DNA of 64,000 nucleotides from Leclercia sp. (lineage in GTDB: Bacteria; Pseudomonadota; Gammaproteobacteria; Enterobacterales; Enterobacteriaceae). The first letter of the stretch is position 1; each line of letters starts with the position of its first letter. Positions 21,516-36,749 of the stretch are shown here, one piece after another. A program made the position numbers and the translations under genes. The stretch spans positions 157,363 through 221,362 of the forward strand of contig JBAPXW010000027.1 in the NCBI GenBank assembly GCA_049284415.1, written 5' to 3'. A model generated the notes under the pieces. The model did no database searches. It worked only from the letters and a program-made list of their open reading frames with translations, and had not been told where the DNA came from.

Positions 21516-22403
21516 GTGAGCAGGCGTCAATCGGCACCGCGGCTTGAATTTGAAGCTGCCGCCATCTATGAATACCCCGAACATCTACGACCGTGGCTCG
21601 AAGCATTGCCCAAACAGCCCGGCGTCTACTTTTTTCATGGCGACAGTGACGCCATGCCGCTGTACATCGGTAAAAGCGTCAATATTCGCAGCCGGGTGCT
21701 GTCACATCTGCGCACCCCGGACGAGGCCGCCATGCTGCGTCAGTCCCGGCGCATCAGCTGGACGCAAACCGCCGGTGAGCTAGGGGCTTTACTGCTGGAA
21801 GCCCGCTTAATCAAGGAGCAGCAGCCGCTGTTCAATAAGCGGCTGCGCCGCAATCGTCAGCTGTGTTCCTTGCACATCAACGAGGGCAAACCGCAGATCG
21901 TGTATGCCCGCGAGGTGGATTTTTCCCACACCCCGAATTTGTTTGGTCTTTTCGCTAACCGCCGGGCGGCGCTGCAAACCCTGCAGGCGCTGGCCGACGA
22001 GCGTCAGCTCTGCTATGGCCTGCTGGGGCTGGAGTCAGTCAGTCGGGGCCGGGCCTGCTTCCGGTCAGCCCTGAAGCGCTGCGCCGGTGCCTGCTGCGGG
22101 AAAGAGAGCGTAGAGGAACATCAGCAGCGTTTAGTCGAGGGGCTACAGGCGATTGGCATCACCTGCTGGCCGTGGGACAGCGCCGTGGCGCTGAAAGAGT
22201 CGCGCGCAGAGATGACCCATTTTCATATCATTCATAACTGGCTGTGGCTCGGCGCGGTAGAGTCCCTGGACCAGGCGGCGGAATTGCTCCGCACGCCTTC
22301 TGGTTTTGACCAGGACGGCTATAAAATTCTCTGTAAGCCACTGCTCACGGGTAACTACGAAATCATCCCGCTCAGTGACCTGGCAGCCAAACGATCTCGC
22401 TGA
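21516..22403 (+). CDS. cho: UvrC-homologue excinuclease Cho (GTG start)
   Basis: AGGAG lies 6 nt before the GTG at 21516. The product [25 protein letters not shown]... is 295 aa, the length of E. coli Cho. The upstream ATG at 21490 lies inside the LexA box. Confidence 0.9.
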   Translation: MSRRQSAPRLEFEAAAIYEYPEHLRPWLEALPKQPGVYFFHGDSDAMPLYIGKSVNIRSRVLSHLRTPDEAAMLRQSRRISWTQTAGELGALLLEARLIKEQQPLFNKRLRRNRQLCSLHINEGKPQIVYAREVDFSHTPNLFGLFANRRAALQTLQALADERQLCYGLLGLESVSRGRACFRSALKRCAGACCGKESVEEHQQRLVEGLQAIGITCWPWDSAVALKESRAEMTHFHIIHNWLWLGAVESLDQAAELLRTPSGFDQDGYKILCKPLLTGNYEIIPLSDLAAKRSR

Positions 22404-22929
22404 ACAGCAGTTCACCCTCCTCCTTCAGCAGCCGCAACGTATGTTCACCGTCGTGCCAGTAAGCGCCCTGGTCGGCGGTGAGCAGCTTTTCACCCAGCTG
22501 CCACGCGCCGCTCAGCACAAATACCACGCCACCGCGCGAGGCAAACGTCGTAAAGGTGCGGTCCGCCACCCGAACCTTTGCCCGACAGCGATCCCGGCGG
22601 GTCATGATATTGAGATCCATCGACATCCGCCCTTCCGTCAGCTGCGCTTTCACCGGCAGGTCACCGGCAAAGCTGAAGGGTTGATGACGCCTGAGCGTAT
22701 GGTTAAAAGCGTGCCCGCCATCCAGGCTGACTTCTCCCCCTTCCAGCAGGGTGATCACCCGGTCGACGCCGGGAAATGTCGCAAACTCGCCGTTGCTGGC
22801 GATGGACGCAATACTGGCACGCCAGGTAAAGTCCCGGGTAGCAGGAGGAAAACAACATATTTCTCGCGTCTCGCCTGCCCCGTTGCGCCAGAGGTTGACC
22901 GGCATTTTGCGAATATCAAAGAACTCCAT
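22372..22929 (-). CDS. ves: cold-inducible protein Ves (HutD family)
   Basis: ORF trimmed to [24 protein letters not shown].... AGGAG lies 5 nt upstream. The 3-prime end overlaps the cho 3-prime end by 32 nt. Confidence 0.9.
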   Translation of the reverse strand: MEFFDIRKMPVNLWRNGAGETREICCFPPATRDFTWRASIASIASNGEFATFPGVDRVITLLEGGEVSLDGGHAFNHTLRRHQPFSFAGDLPVKAQLTEGRMSMDLNIMTRRDRCRAKVRVADRTFTTFASRGGVVFVLSGAWQLGEKLLTADQGAYWHDGEHTLRLLKEEGELLFSEIVWLPGH

Positions 22930-23153
22930 CATCACTCCTGAAGGACGCAATACGCGCCAGAGCGGCTCGCGTAGGGCGAGTCGCTTTTCGATTGTTATCG
23001 TTAGGTCACTACAGATGCATTATCGGCAGGTGTGCAGAAAGGCCTTAGTATGATGGCGAATAAAAATCGCTAACGTCATAACTATTAAACACATTCAGAA
23101 AACCGACTACAGGAGAATACCGCGCTGGCGGCGGCTGGCAAGAGGGGTACAAA

Positions 23154-23210
23154 GAAAAAACCGCCGGACCTGCCCACAGCGATTTCGCTTTCGTGAACAG
23201 GATCCGGCGG
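23154..23210 (-). terminator. spy terminator (long bulged hairpin)
   Basis: CCGCCGGACCTG...CAGG(A)TCCGGCGG, with an A7 run on the plus strand (U-run on the minus strand). Confidence 0.6.
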
Positions 23211-23228
23211 TCTTAAATGTTTAACGGC

Positions 23229-23720
23229 TTATTCAGCAGGTGCGTCCATTTTACCTTCCGGCGCATGACGTTCTGTCAGACGCTTCTCAAAATTGGCATT
23301 AAACTGCTTTTTCTGCTCAGGGGTCAGAATGTTGTAAATCTTGTTCTGGGTTTCCATGTGCGCCAGCATGCGGGTTTTATGCTGCTCGGCCATCTTCTCG
23401 ACCTGTGCCTGGGCTTTCGCTTTATCGAAGCTGTCGCTGGCAACAATGTCATGCATTGCGCGGCGCTCTTCCAGCGGCGGACGTTTCATCTGGTCGCGCT
23501 GGGCCTTCATGATGTCGCGAACCTGCTGCTTCTGCGCATCGGTCAGGTTCAGGTCTTTAAACATCATGTCGTGATGCATACCCGGCTTACCTTTGTGATG
23601 CATCGTTTTGCTTTCGGTCGGTGCGGCGGTGGTCGTGGTGGCGGTATCTGCGGCGAACGCCGCGCTGGTAGCGCCCAGAGCCAGGGTAGAGGCAACAAAC
23701 AGTGCAGTTAATTTACGCAT
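23229..23720 (-). CDS. spy: periplasmic ATP-independent chaperone Spy
   Basis: 163 aa with a signal peptide and the LTDAQKQQ / LTPEQKKQF repeats. Confidence 0.96.
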   Translation of the reverse strand: MRKLTALFVASTLALGATSAAFAADTATTTTAAPTESKTMHHKGKPGMHHDMMFKDLNLTDAQKQQVRDIMKAQRDQMKRPPLEERRAMHDIVASDSFDKAKAQAQVEKMAEQHKTRMLAHMETQNKIYNILTPEQKKQFNANFEKRLTERHAPEGKMDAPAE

Positions 23721-23845
23721 AATTTTGTCCTTCCTTTCAGTTATTCTTCGGCGCTATGCCGTGTTGACGGGATTAACTTTACGGGGTTTATCGTCAATAA
23801 GTCAGAGCAACGGTAAAACAATGAAAGTGTAAAAAACACTTTATC

Positions 23846-23863
23846 GCCAAATATGGAGAAAAT
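23846..23863 (-). promoter_or_regulatory. BaeR-box-like site upstream of spy
   Basis: The minus strand reads ATTTTCTCCATATTTGGC, against the recalled consensus TTTTTCTCCATDATTGGC (2 mismatches). A CpxR-like GTAAA-N5-GAAAG lies at 23812..23826. Confidence 0.5.
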
Positions 23864-24055
23864 AAGGAAAAAGCGTGGAGAGTTGCAACAAAAATATTCA
23901 AATCGATGATTTCAAAGAGATTATGAAGGAGTATACCGGCAAGACGATTAATAATAAAGCAAACCACCAGGAATAATCTGCAATAAAACGATAGACGTAA
24001 GAAATGGTTGGCAAAATAAACCACCCCGGCCGTTACGCTTACCGGGGTCGAATAA

Positions 24056-25024
24056 TCAGAAGATGACTTTTTCCAGCATCAGCCCGGCTCGCAGGCCAAA
24101 CGCAACGCCGGGGTTAGGAAACAGGACATACTCCGTCTGCTTTTGCACTTCATAGCGATCTTCACCGTCTTCCGCCAGCAGTACGCCCTGGCGAAACGGC
24201 GTAAAGTTCAGCGTATGGGCCGCCATATGCAGGCGAAACGCCTCGCTCCGCCGGGTGATCTGCTGCACCACCCGATAGCGCTCGACGGTTCCGCTGTGCG
24301 CCTGGGGTGCTTCCCCGCCCAGCAGCGCATGCAGCGCCTGGTGCGTGGCGGCAAAGCGCGTCAGGTCGTTATGACCAAACGGCAGCGCTTTTCCCAGCTC
24401 CAGGGTACAGGCCAGCGCGCCAAAGCGTTCGCAGCAAAAATGAGTGAACGTCCCGCCCGGTACCTGATGGAACACCAGTGCCTCCAGCCCGGCATCCCCC
24501 AGCCACTGCAGAAACGCCTCATCCCACGGCTGGCTGCGCTGCGGCAGTACGCCAAAACGCTCATGATATGAGGCGCGGATCGCGGTATGCAGATCGAGAT
24601 GCCAACGCTCATCGCTGGCCTGCTGATAAAACGCCGTGACGGTCTCTTCCAGCAAGGTAGCCCGCGCCGTCTCCGCGCAGGCCGGGAACTGTGCCCCGCG
24701 CCCGCCGAACAGGCGATTGAGATCGCAGGTCAGGTAGCGTTTGTTGGCCGCCAGCGCCGGGGGGTTGCCGAGGATAATCAGCACCCGGCAGCGCAGGGTC
24801 AGCTCGCCGCGAAACAGCGCCCCAACCAGCCGATCAACGATTTCAACCGGGGCGGTTTCATTCCCGTGGATCCCGGTGGAGAGCACCAGCGCACGCGTGC
24901 TCGCCACCTCCGGGGTCAGTTCCAGCACGCCCGTAGCATGCCAGCGCCAGTGAAATGAAGGACCCGCGCCTTCGCGCTGGACCGGTGTCGCTTCCGCCAG
25001 GGTCAGCGCCAGTAAGTTTTCCAT
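24056..25024 (-). CDS. astE: succinylglutamate desuccinylase
   Basis: 322 aa. Last gene of the ast operon. Confidence 0.94.
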   Translation of the reverse strand: MENLLALTLAEATPVQREGAGPSFHWRWHATGVLELTPEVASTRALVLSTGIHGNETAPVEIVDRLVGALFRGELTLRCRVLIILGNPPALAANKRYLTCDLNRLFGGRGAQFPACAETARATLLEETVTAFYQQASDERWHLDLHTAIRASYHERFGVLPQRSQPWDEAFLQWLGDAGLEALVFHQVPGGTFTHFCCERFGALACTLELGKALPFGHNDLTRFAATHQALHALLGGEAPQAHSGTVERYRVVQQITRRSEAFRLHMAAHTLNFTPFRQGVLLAEDGEDRYEVQKQTEYVLFPNPGVAFGLRAGLMLEKVIF

Positions 25025-25034
25025 CGCGCCTCCT

Positions 25035-30238
<5,204 letters not shown>

Positions 30239-30527
30239 TCACTGTTATTGCATAAAAAGTGAATATTTTTGCAGCAAGCGCGGCTTTGCCGGAGGAAAAA
30301 CAGAAATATTATTCATAAGCCAAATATAATTCTGGAATTGTGATCGCTCGCGAAATTTGTGGACCCTTTACGCGCCATCAGAGGGCAGCACGCGCCAGAA
30401 CGGTGCAAAAATTGCACTGTCGGCGAAGTCTGTCGCAGTAATTGGCGATTCCCGCCTGCCTGCGGCAGTCAGCCAGGCGAAATTCTGCTACCATCCTTGC
30501 ACTATTCACCAAGCACCGGCAGCGACT

Positions 30528-31334
30528 ATGAAATTTGTCTCTTTTAATATCAACGGCCTGCGCGCCCGTCCTCACCAACTGCAAGCCATCGTCGAGCAAC
30601 ATCAGCCCGACGTGATTGGCCTGCAGGAGACAAAAGTACACGACGATATGTTCCCTCTCGAAGAGGTGGCAAAGCTCGGTTACAACGTCTTTTACCACGG
30701 CCAGAAAGGCCATTACGGCGTGGCCCTGCTGACCAAAGAGACGCCTGTCTCTGTACGTCGTGGTTTTCCGGGTGATAACGAAGAGTCCCAGCGCCGCATC
30801 ATCATGGCGGAAATCCCCTCGCCGCTGGGGAACATCACCGTTATCAATGGTTACTTCCCGCAGGGCGAAAGCCGCGACCACCCGCTGAAGTTCCCGGCAA
30901 AAGAGAAGTTTTATCAGGATCTGCAGTCGTTCCTCGAAACCGAGCTGAAAAAAGAGAACCCGGTGCTGATCATGGGCGACATGAACATCAGCCATACCGA
31001 TCTGGATATCGGTATCGGCGAAGACAGCCGTAAGCGCTGGCTGCGCACCGGAAAATGCTCCTTCCTGCCGGAAGAGCGCGAGTGGATGGCACGTTTGCTG
31101 GACTGGGGTCTGGTGGATACTTTCCGTCACGCCAATCCACAGACGCTGGACCGCTTCTCGTGGTTTGATTACCGCTCCAAAGGCTTTGATGACAACCGCG
31201 GCCTGCGTATTGACCTGCTGCTGGCCAGCCCGGTGCTGGCCGAACGCTGCATCGAAACCGGGATCGACTACGAGATCCGCAGCATGGAAAAACCGTCCGA
31301 TCACGCCCCGGTGTGGGCCAAATTCAGCGTGTAA
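30528..31334 (+). CDS. xthA: exodeoxyribonuclease III
   Basis: ORF trimmed to [18 protein letters not shown]... (268 aa). Confidence 0.97.
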   Translation: MKFVSFNINGLRARPHQLQAIVEQHQPDVIGLQETKVHDDMFPLEEVAKLGYNVFYHGQKGHYGVALLTKETPVSVRRGFPGDNEESQRRIIMAEIPSPLGNITVINGYFPQGESRDHPLKFPAKEKFYQDLQSFLETELKKENPVLIMGDMNISHTDLDIGIGEDSRKRWLRTGKCSFLPEEREWMARLLDWGLVDTFRHANPQTLDRFSWFDYRSKGFDDNRGLRIDLLLASPVLAERCIETGIDYEIRSMEKPSDHAPVWAKFSV

Positions 31335-31337
31335 TGG

Positions 31338-32024
31338 ATGACCGCGAACGGCCGTAAAATCACCCTCCTGTGCGCCCTTCTGGGCGCATTTGTCATTATC
31401 GTTACGCAATTACCGCCCGGTGCGCTGACGCTGGGATCCCTGCAGGCGCACCATCAGGCGTTGCTGGATTATTGCCAGCAGTCACCGCTGCAAAGCGCGG
31501 CCCTCTTTTTCGTCGCCTACGTGCTGGTGACCGCCCTGTCCGTACCTGGCGCGGCGGTATTAACCCTGCTCGGCGGGGCGCTGTTCGGCCTTTGGCCGGG
31601 GATCCTGCTGGTGTCGTTCGCCTCCACGCTTGGGGCAACGCTGGCGATGCTGACCAGCCGCTACCTGCTGCGCGACTGGGTCCAGCGCCGCTTTGCCGGG
31701 CCGATGCGTACCGTCAATGACGGGGTGGCGCACAGCGGGGCATGTTATCTGTTTGCCCTGCGCCTGATGCCGCTGTTTCCGTTCTTCCTGGTGAATCTGC
31801 TGGCGGGCGTCACCACCCTGGGGGTGCGCCGCTACTGGTGGGTCAGCCAGGCCGGAATGCTGCCCGGTGCCATTGTCTATCTTAATGCCGGACACCAGTT
31901 GGGGCAGATTGCCTCACTGCGTGATATCCTCTCGCCCGGTGTGGTTTTTGCCTTTACGCTGCTGGGACTGCTGCCGCTCGTTACCCGCTGGCTGTTCGCC
32001 CGCTTTTCCCGACCTTCTCCATAA
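31338..32024 (+). CDS. ydjX: TVP38/TMEM64 (DedA-related) family membrane protein YdjX
   Basis: 228-aa polytopic protein. Starts 3 nt after the xthA stop. Confidence 0.85.
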   Translation: MTANGRKITLLCALLGAFVIIVTQLPPGALTLGSLQAHHQALLDYCQQSPLQSAALFFVAYVLVTALSVPGAAVLTLLGGALFGLWPGILLVSFASTLGATLAMLTSRYLLRDWVQRRFAGPMRTVNDGVAHSGACYLFALRLMPLFPFFLVNLLAGVTTLGVRRYWWVSQAGMLPGAIVYLNAGHQLGQIASLRDILSPGVVFAFTLLGLLPLVTRWLFARFSRPSP

Positions 32025-32035
32025 CAGGGGGCATT

Positions 32036-33208
32036 ATGCGCCGTGTGCGTTTTTGCATGTTACTGACCGGTCTGCTGCTTGCAGGCCCGGCGCTGGCTGA
32101 TGACAGCTGGCAACAAATCAAAGAAGACGCCCGCGGGCAGACCGTCTGGTTTAACGCCTGGGGCGGCGATGCCGCGGTGAACCGCTACCTCGACTGGGTC
32201 AGCGGCGAGATGCAAAGCCACTACGCCATCACCCTGAAAATTGTCCGTCTGGCGGATGCCGCCGACGCGGTGAAGCGCATCCAGACCGAGGCCAGTGCCG
32301 GGCGCAAAACCAACGGTTCTGTCGATCTGCTGTGGGTGAACGGGGAAAACTTCCGCACCCTGAAAACCGCCGGGCTGTTGCAGACCGGCTGGGCGCAGAC
32401 GCTCCCCAACTGGCGCTATGTCGACACGACTAAACCGGTCACGGAAGATTTTGCCATTCCTACCGAGGGGGCAGAATCCCCGTGGGGCAGCGCGCAGCTC
32501 ACTTTTATCGCCACCCGCCAGTACTTGCCTGAACCGCTGGCAGACCCTCAGGCGCTGCTCGAGTACGCCCGTCAGCACCCCGGCACCGTCACCTACCCGC
32601 GCCCGCCCGACTTTACCGGCACCGCGTTTCTGCAGCAGATCCTGCTGACGCAAACCACCCGGCCCGATGCCCTGAAGCAGCCGCCGGACAGCGCCACCTT
32701 CGCCGCCGTGACGGCCCCGCTGTGGACGTATCTGGATAAACTGCACCCGCATCTGTGGCGCAACGGCAAAGACTTCCCTCCGTCGCCCGCACGGATGGAT
32801 GCCTTGCTGGCCGCCGGAAGCCTGAACCTCTCCATCACCTTTAACCCGGCCCACGCCCGGCAAAAGGTCAGCAGCAAAGAGCTGCCGCCGGACAGCTACA
32901 GCTTTGGCTTTCAGCAAGGGATGATTGGCAACGTCCATTTTGTGACGATTCCGGCCAATGCCTCCGCTACCGCGGGTGCGAAAGTAGTCGCTAACTTTTT
33001 ACTCTCGCCGCAGGCGCAGATCCGCAAGGCGGATCCGGCCAACTGGGGGGATCCGAGCGTCCTTGCGCCAGACACATTGCCCGCCGCTGAGGCCGCCGTA
33101 CTGCGTCAGTTTATCCCGACCGGGTTACCCACCACCCTGGGCGAACCGCATGCCGCCTGGGTGAATGCACTGGAGCAGGAATGGCTGCGCCGCTACGGCA
33201 CCCACTAA
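32036..33208 (+). CDS. ynjB: ABC transporter periplasmic substrate-binding protein YnjB
   Basis: 390 aa with a signal peptide ...LLLAGPALA|DD. Synteny matches. Confidence 0.9.
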   Translation: MRRVRFCMLLTGLLLAGPALADDSWQQIKEDARGQTVWFNAWGGDAAVNRYLDWVSGEMQSHYAITLKIVRLADAADAVKRIQTEASAGRKTNGSVDLLWVNGENFRTLKTAGLLQTGWAQTLPNWRYVDTTKPVTEDFAIPTEGAESPWGSAQLTFIATRQYLPEPLADPQALLEYARQHPGTVTYPRPPDFTGTAFLQQILLTQTTRPDALKQPPDSATFAAVTAPLWTYLDKLHPHLWRNGKDFPPSPARMDALLAAGSLNLSITFNPAHARQKVSSKELPPDSYSFGFQQGMIGNVHFVTIPANASATAGAKVVANFLLSPQAQIRKADPANWGDPSVLAPDTLPAAEAAVLRQFIPTGLPTTLGEPHAAWVNALEQEWLRRYGTH

Positions 33209-34716
33209 GCTGGCTAGCCTGGCTGCTGCTGCTTGCTCTCTATCTGCCGCTGCTGCCTGCCCTCGCTCTGCTGTTGCCGCCGGTCTTCTCGGTGGACAAC
33301 TGGCGGGCGCTGGCCGCGGACAGCCAGCTTCCGCAGGCGCTTATCGCCACCCTGGTGTCGACGCTCATCGCCGCCGTCGGCGCTTTGCTGCTGGCGCTGG
33401 CGGTGGTCGCCGCCCTGTGGCCCGGCACCCGCTGGCGTCGGCTATGTTCACAGTTGCCATGGCTACTGGCGATCCCCCACGTGGCCTTTGCGGTCAGCGT
33501 GCTGCTGATTTTTGCCGAAGGCGGTGCCCTGTACCGGGTCTGCACCTTCTGCTCGCCGGTGGCGGATCGCTACGGTATCGGGCTGGGGCTGACCCTTGCG
33601 GTTAAAGAGAGCGCCTTTGTGATCTGGGCGATTTACGCCTCGCTGCCGGAAAAAGAGCTGGCGCAAAAAGTCACCGTGCTGCGATCGATGGGCTATGGCC
33701 GCTGGCAGGCGCTGCGCTGGCTGATCCTGCCCGCCATTGCCCCCGCGCTGGGGGCGGTGATGCTGGCGGTAATCGCCTGGTCGCTGTCGGTGGTGGATGT
33801 GGCCCTGATCCTTGGCCCGGGCAACCCGCCCACGCTGGCGGTGCTGGCCTGGCAGTGGCTCTCGCAGGGCGATCCCGACCAGCAGGCTAAAGGGATGCTG
33901 CTGTGCGTGATCCTGCTGGTGCTGCTGGAAATCATCGCCGTCGCGCTGTTTATCGGCTGGCGGCGCTGGCGGCGCGCAATTCCCGCCGTTTCGGGGGTAC
34001 GTTCGGCCCCCCGCCCGCTGGTGATGGGTCGCGCCTTTGGCCTGCTGCTGCCGCTCATTGGGCTGCTCAGCGTGGTGGTGCTGGCCGTTGTGGCAGGTGA
34101 GAGCACGTTTTCCAGCACTCACGCCGCAACCAGCCTGGCGCTGGGATTATGCTCTGCCGCCATTGCGCTGGGGGTCATCCTGCTGTGGCTGGAGTGGGGA
34201 CCGCAGCGCGGGGCATTCTGGGTGTGGCTGCCGCTGGCGCTGCCCGCCCTGCCGCTGGTGGCCGGGCAGTATCAGCTGGCGCTGGCGTTGCAGCTCGACG
34301 GGCAGTTTATCGCCGTGCTGTGGGGGCATCTGCTGTGGGTGCTGCCGTGGATGCTGCTGGTAATGCAGCCCGCGTGGCGCAGGCTCGATCCGCGCCTGAT
34401 CCTCATCGCCCGCACGCTCGGCTGGAGGTCAGGCAAAATCTTCTGGCTGGTCAAATGCCCGCAGATGATCCGCCCGGCCCTCACCGCCTTTGCGGTCGGG
34501 TTTTCGGTCAGCATGGCGCAGTATCTGCCCACCCTGTGGCTGGGCAGCGGACGGGTGACCACGTTTACCACCGAGGCCGTGGCGCTCAGCAGCGGGGGCA
34601 GCAGCGCGGTACTGGCGGCGCAGGCCCTGTGGCAACTGTTGCTGCCCGCGCTGGTGTTCGCCGCCTGCGTGGCTTTATCCCGGCTGATTGGCCGCTTCCG
34701 ACAGGGGTTACGTTAA
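33181..34716 (+). CDS. ynjC: ABC transporter permease YnjC (double permease domain)
   Basis: 511 aa, highly hydrophobic. The start overlaps the ynjB end by 28 nt, so the start is uncertain. Confidence 0.88.
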   Translation: MAAPLRHPLSWLAWLLLLALYLPLLPALALLLPPVFSVDNWRALAADSQLPQALIATLVSTLIAAVGALLLALAVVAALWPGTRWRRLCSQLPWLLAIPHVAFAVSVLLIFAEGGALYRVCTFCSPVADRYGIGLGLTLAVKESAFVIWAIYASLPEKELAQKVTVLRSMGYGRWQALRWLILPAIAPALGAVMLAVIAWSLSVVDVALILGPGNPPTLAVLAWQWLSQGDPDQQAKGMLLCVILLVLLEIIAVALFIGWRRWRRAIPAVSGVRSAPRPLVMGRAFGLLLPLIGLLSVVVLAVVAGESTFSSTHAATSLALGLCSAAIALGVILLWLEWGPQRGAFWVWLPLALPALPLVAGQYQLALALQLDGQFIAVLWGHLLWVLPWMLLVMQPAWRRLDPRLILIARTLGWRSGKIFWLVKCPQMIRPALTAFAVGFSVSMAQYLPTLWLGSGRVTTFTTEAVALSSGGSSAVLAAQALWQLLLPALVFAACVALSRLIGRFRQGLR

Positions 34717-35348
34717 TGCTGATGGTCACCGATTTTTCGCTTTCTCTGCGCCAGACACGGCTGCTTAATCAGGTCAGTTTTACCGTGCAGCCCGGCGAAA
34801 TCCTCACCCTGATGGGCCCATCCGGCAGCGGCAAATCGTCGCTGTTCGCCTGGATGGCCGGGGCGCTGCCCGGCGATTTTCGCGCCGAGGGGGAGCTGTG
34901 GATCAACGCCCGGCGCTGCGACGGTCTGCCGACTGAACAGCGCGGACTGGGCCTGCTGTTTCAGGATCCGTTACTGTTCGAGCACTTCAGCGTCGGGCAA
35001 AATTTACTGCTGGCGCTGCCAGCGGCGATAACAGGCACCCAGCGTAAAAGCCAGGTGCTGGAGGCGCTGAACGCCGCCGATCTTGAAGGCTTTTTTCACC
35101 GCGATCCCGCCACCCTCTCCGGGGGCCAGCGCGCCAGAGTCAGCCTGCTGCGAGCCCTGCTGGCGCAGCCGCAGGCGCTGCTGCTTGATGAACCCTTCAG
35201 CCGGCTGGATCAACACCTGCGGGCGCAGTTTCGCCGCTGGGTGTTGGCCGAAGTCCGCGCCCGCGGGATCCCCGTGGTGCAGGTGACGCACGATGCGGCC
35301 GACGTTCCCGCCGACGGTTGCGTCCTGCCAATCGCAAACTGGCAATGA
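34716..35348 (+). CDS. ynjD: ABC transporter ATP-binding protein YnjD
   Basis: ORF 34149..35348 trimmed to the ATG in a TAATG overlap with the ynjC stop. MLMVTDFSL...GPSGSGKSS (Walker A), LSGGQRARV signature. 210 aa. Confidence 0.9.
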   Translation: MLMVTDFSLSLRQTRLLNQVSFTVQPGEILTLMGPSGSGKSSLFAWMAGALPGDFRAEGELWINARRCDGLPTEQRGLGLLFQDPLLFEHFSVGQNLLLALPAAITGTQRKSQVLEALNAADLEGFFHRDPATLSGGQRARVSLLRALLAQPQALLLDEPFSRLDQHLRAQFRRWVLAEVRARGIPVVQVTHDAADVPADGCVLPIANWQ

Positions 35349-35356
35349 ATCGTGCT

Positions 35357-35397
35357 GCAACCTGCGCGAACGCAACGTTTTCTGTTGCGCAGGTTGC
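35357..35397 (+). other. intercistronic stem-loop between ynjD and ynjE
   Basis: GCAACCTGCGC (35357..35367) pairs perfectly with GCGCAGGTTGC (35387..35397). The loop is 19 nt and contains an inner GCAAC/GTTGC option. Confidence 0.5.
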
Positions 35398-35435
35398 CAC
35401 AATCAGCGCTCTTTTCTTTCCGTACGGGCATTTCG

Positions 35436-36743
35436 ATGAAACGTGTTTCTCAACTGACCGCGCTGACCGCCGCTTTAGGTCTCGCCTCTTTTTGTTCTTT
35501 TGCCGCTGACATGGCGCATTCCCTGACCCTCGCACAGCTGCAACAGCAGCAGGGTGCCGTTATCGATACCCGCGCCAGCGCCTTTTATAACGGCTGGCCA
35601 CAGGCGCTGAACGGCCCTTCCGGGCATGAACCCGCGGCCCTGAATCTCTCCGCCAGCTGGCTTGGCGCGATGAATGATACCCAGCTGAAAACCTGGGCGA
35701 CCCAGCACCAGCTGACGCCAACCACCCCGGTCGCCTTATACGGCAACGAAGGGGAGAATCAGGCGGTCAAAACACGGCTGGCGCAGGCGGGCTTTACCCA
35801 CGTCACGCTGTTAAGCGATGCCCTGCAGACGCCGGATCGCCTCCAGCGTCTGGCCCATTTCGAACAGCTGGTTTATCCCCAGTGGCTGCATCAGCTCCAG
35901 CAGGGTAAGCCGGTTGCCGCCGCCCCTGCCGGGGAGTGGAAGGTGATTGAGGCCGCCTGGGGCGCGCCTAAATTTTATCTGCTGAACCATATTCCCGGCG
36001 CGGGCTATATCGACACCAACGAAGTCGAAAGCGAGCCGCTGTGGAATAAAGTCTCCGATGCGGATCTGAAAGCGATGCTGGCAAAACATGGGATCCGCCA
36101 TGACACCACGGTGATCCTCTACGGACGCGACGTGTATGCCGCCGCGCGCGTGGCGCAGATCATGCTGTATGCCGGGGTGAAAGACGTGCGTCTGCTCGAT
36201 GGCGGCTGGAAAGCCTGGGATGATGCGAAGCTCCCGGTTGAGCGCGGGACGCCGGACAAGGTGACGCCAGCAGCCGACTTTGGCGCGCCAATACCGGGTC
36301 AGCCGCAGCTGATGCTGGATATGGAACAGGCCCGCGGCCTGCTGCATCGCAAAGACGCGTCGCTGGTCAGCATCCGCTCGTGGCCGGAATTTACCGGCGT
36401 CACCAGCGGCTACAGCTACATCAAGCCGAAGGGTGAAATCAAAGGGGCCCGCTGGGGCCATGCGGGCAGCGACGCCACCCATATGGAAGATTTCCACAAC
36501 CCGGACGGCACCATGCGCAGCGCGGCAGATATCGCCGCCATGTGGAAGCAGTGGAACATTCTGCCGAATCAGCAGGTGGCGTTCTACTGCGGTACCGGCT
36601 GGCGCGCCTCTGAAACCTTTATGTACGCCCGGGCGATGGGCTGGAAGCATGTCGGCGTCTACGACGGCGGCTGGTACGAGTGGAGCAGTCACCCGCAGAA
36701 CCCGGTCTCAACCGGTGAACGCGGGCCAGAAAGCGCCCTGTAA
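35436..36743 (+). CDS. ynjE: periplasmic thiosulfate sulfurtransferase (three rhodanese domains) YnjE
   Basis: ORF trimmed to MKRVSQLTALTAALGLASFCSFA|AD... (435 aa) with the active-site CGTGWR. Confidence 0.92.
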   Translation: MKRVSQLTALTAALGLASFCSFAADMAHSLTLAQLQQQQGAVIDTRASAFYNGWPQALNGPSGHEPAALNLSASWLGAMNDTQLKTWATQHQLTPTTPVALYGNEGENQAVKTRLAQAGFTHVTLLSDALQTPDRLQRLAHFEQLVYPQWLHQLQQGKPVAAAPAGEWKVIEAAWGAPKFYLLNHIPGAGYIDTNEVESEPLWNKVSDADLKAMLAKHGIRHDTTVILYGRDVYAAARVAQIMLYAGVKDVRLLDGGWKAWDDAKLPVERGTPDKVTPAADFGAPIPGQPQLMLDMEQARGLLHRKDASLVSIRSWPEFTGVTSGYSYIKPKGEIKGARWGHAGSDATHMEDFHNPDGTMRSAADIAAMWKQWNILPNQQVAFYCGTGWRASETFMYARAMGWKHVGVYDGGWYEWSSHPQNPVSTGERGPESAL

Positions 36744-36749
36744 GCCGTC

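Noticed and set aside
23794-24024. 76-aa ORF in the AT-rich spy-astE spacer
   Set aside because: It has Phe/Leu/Ile-rich low-complexity translation from AT-rich DNA, no SD, and overlaps the spy regulatory sites. It is unlikely to be a gene.
34149-34715. N-terminal 189 codons of the 399-aa ORF that contains ynjD
   Set aside because: This part overlaps ynjC in another frame and translates to an Ala/Gly/Arg-rich sequence. The conserved ABC ATPase starts at the TAATG junction (34716).
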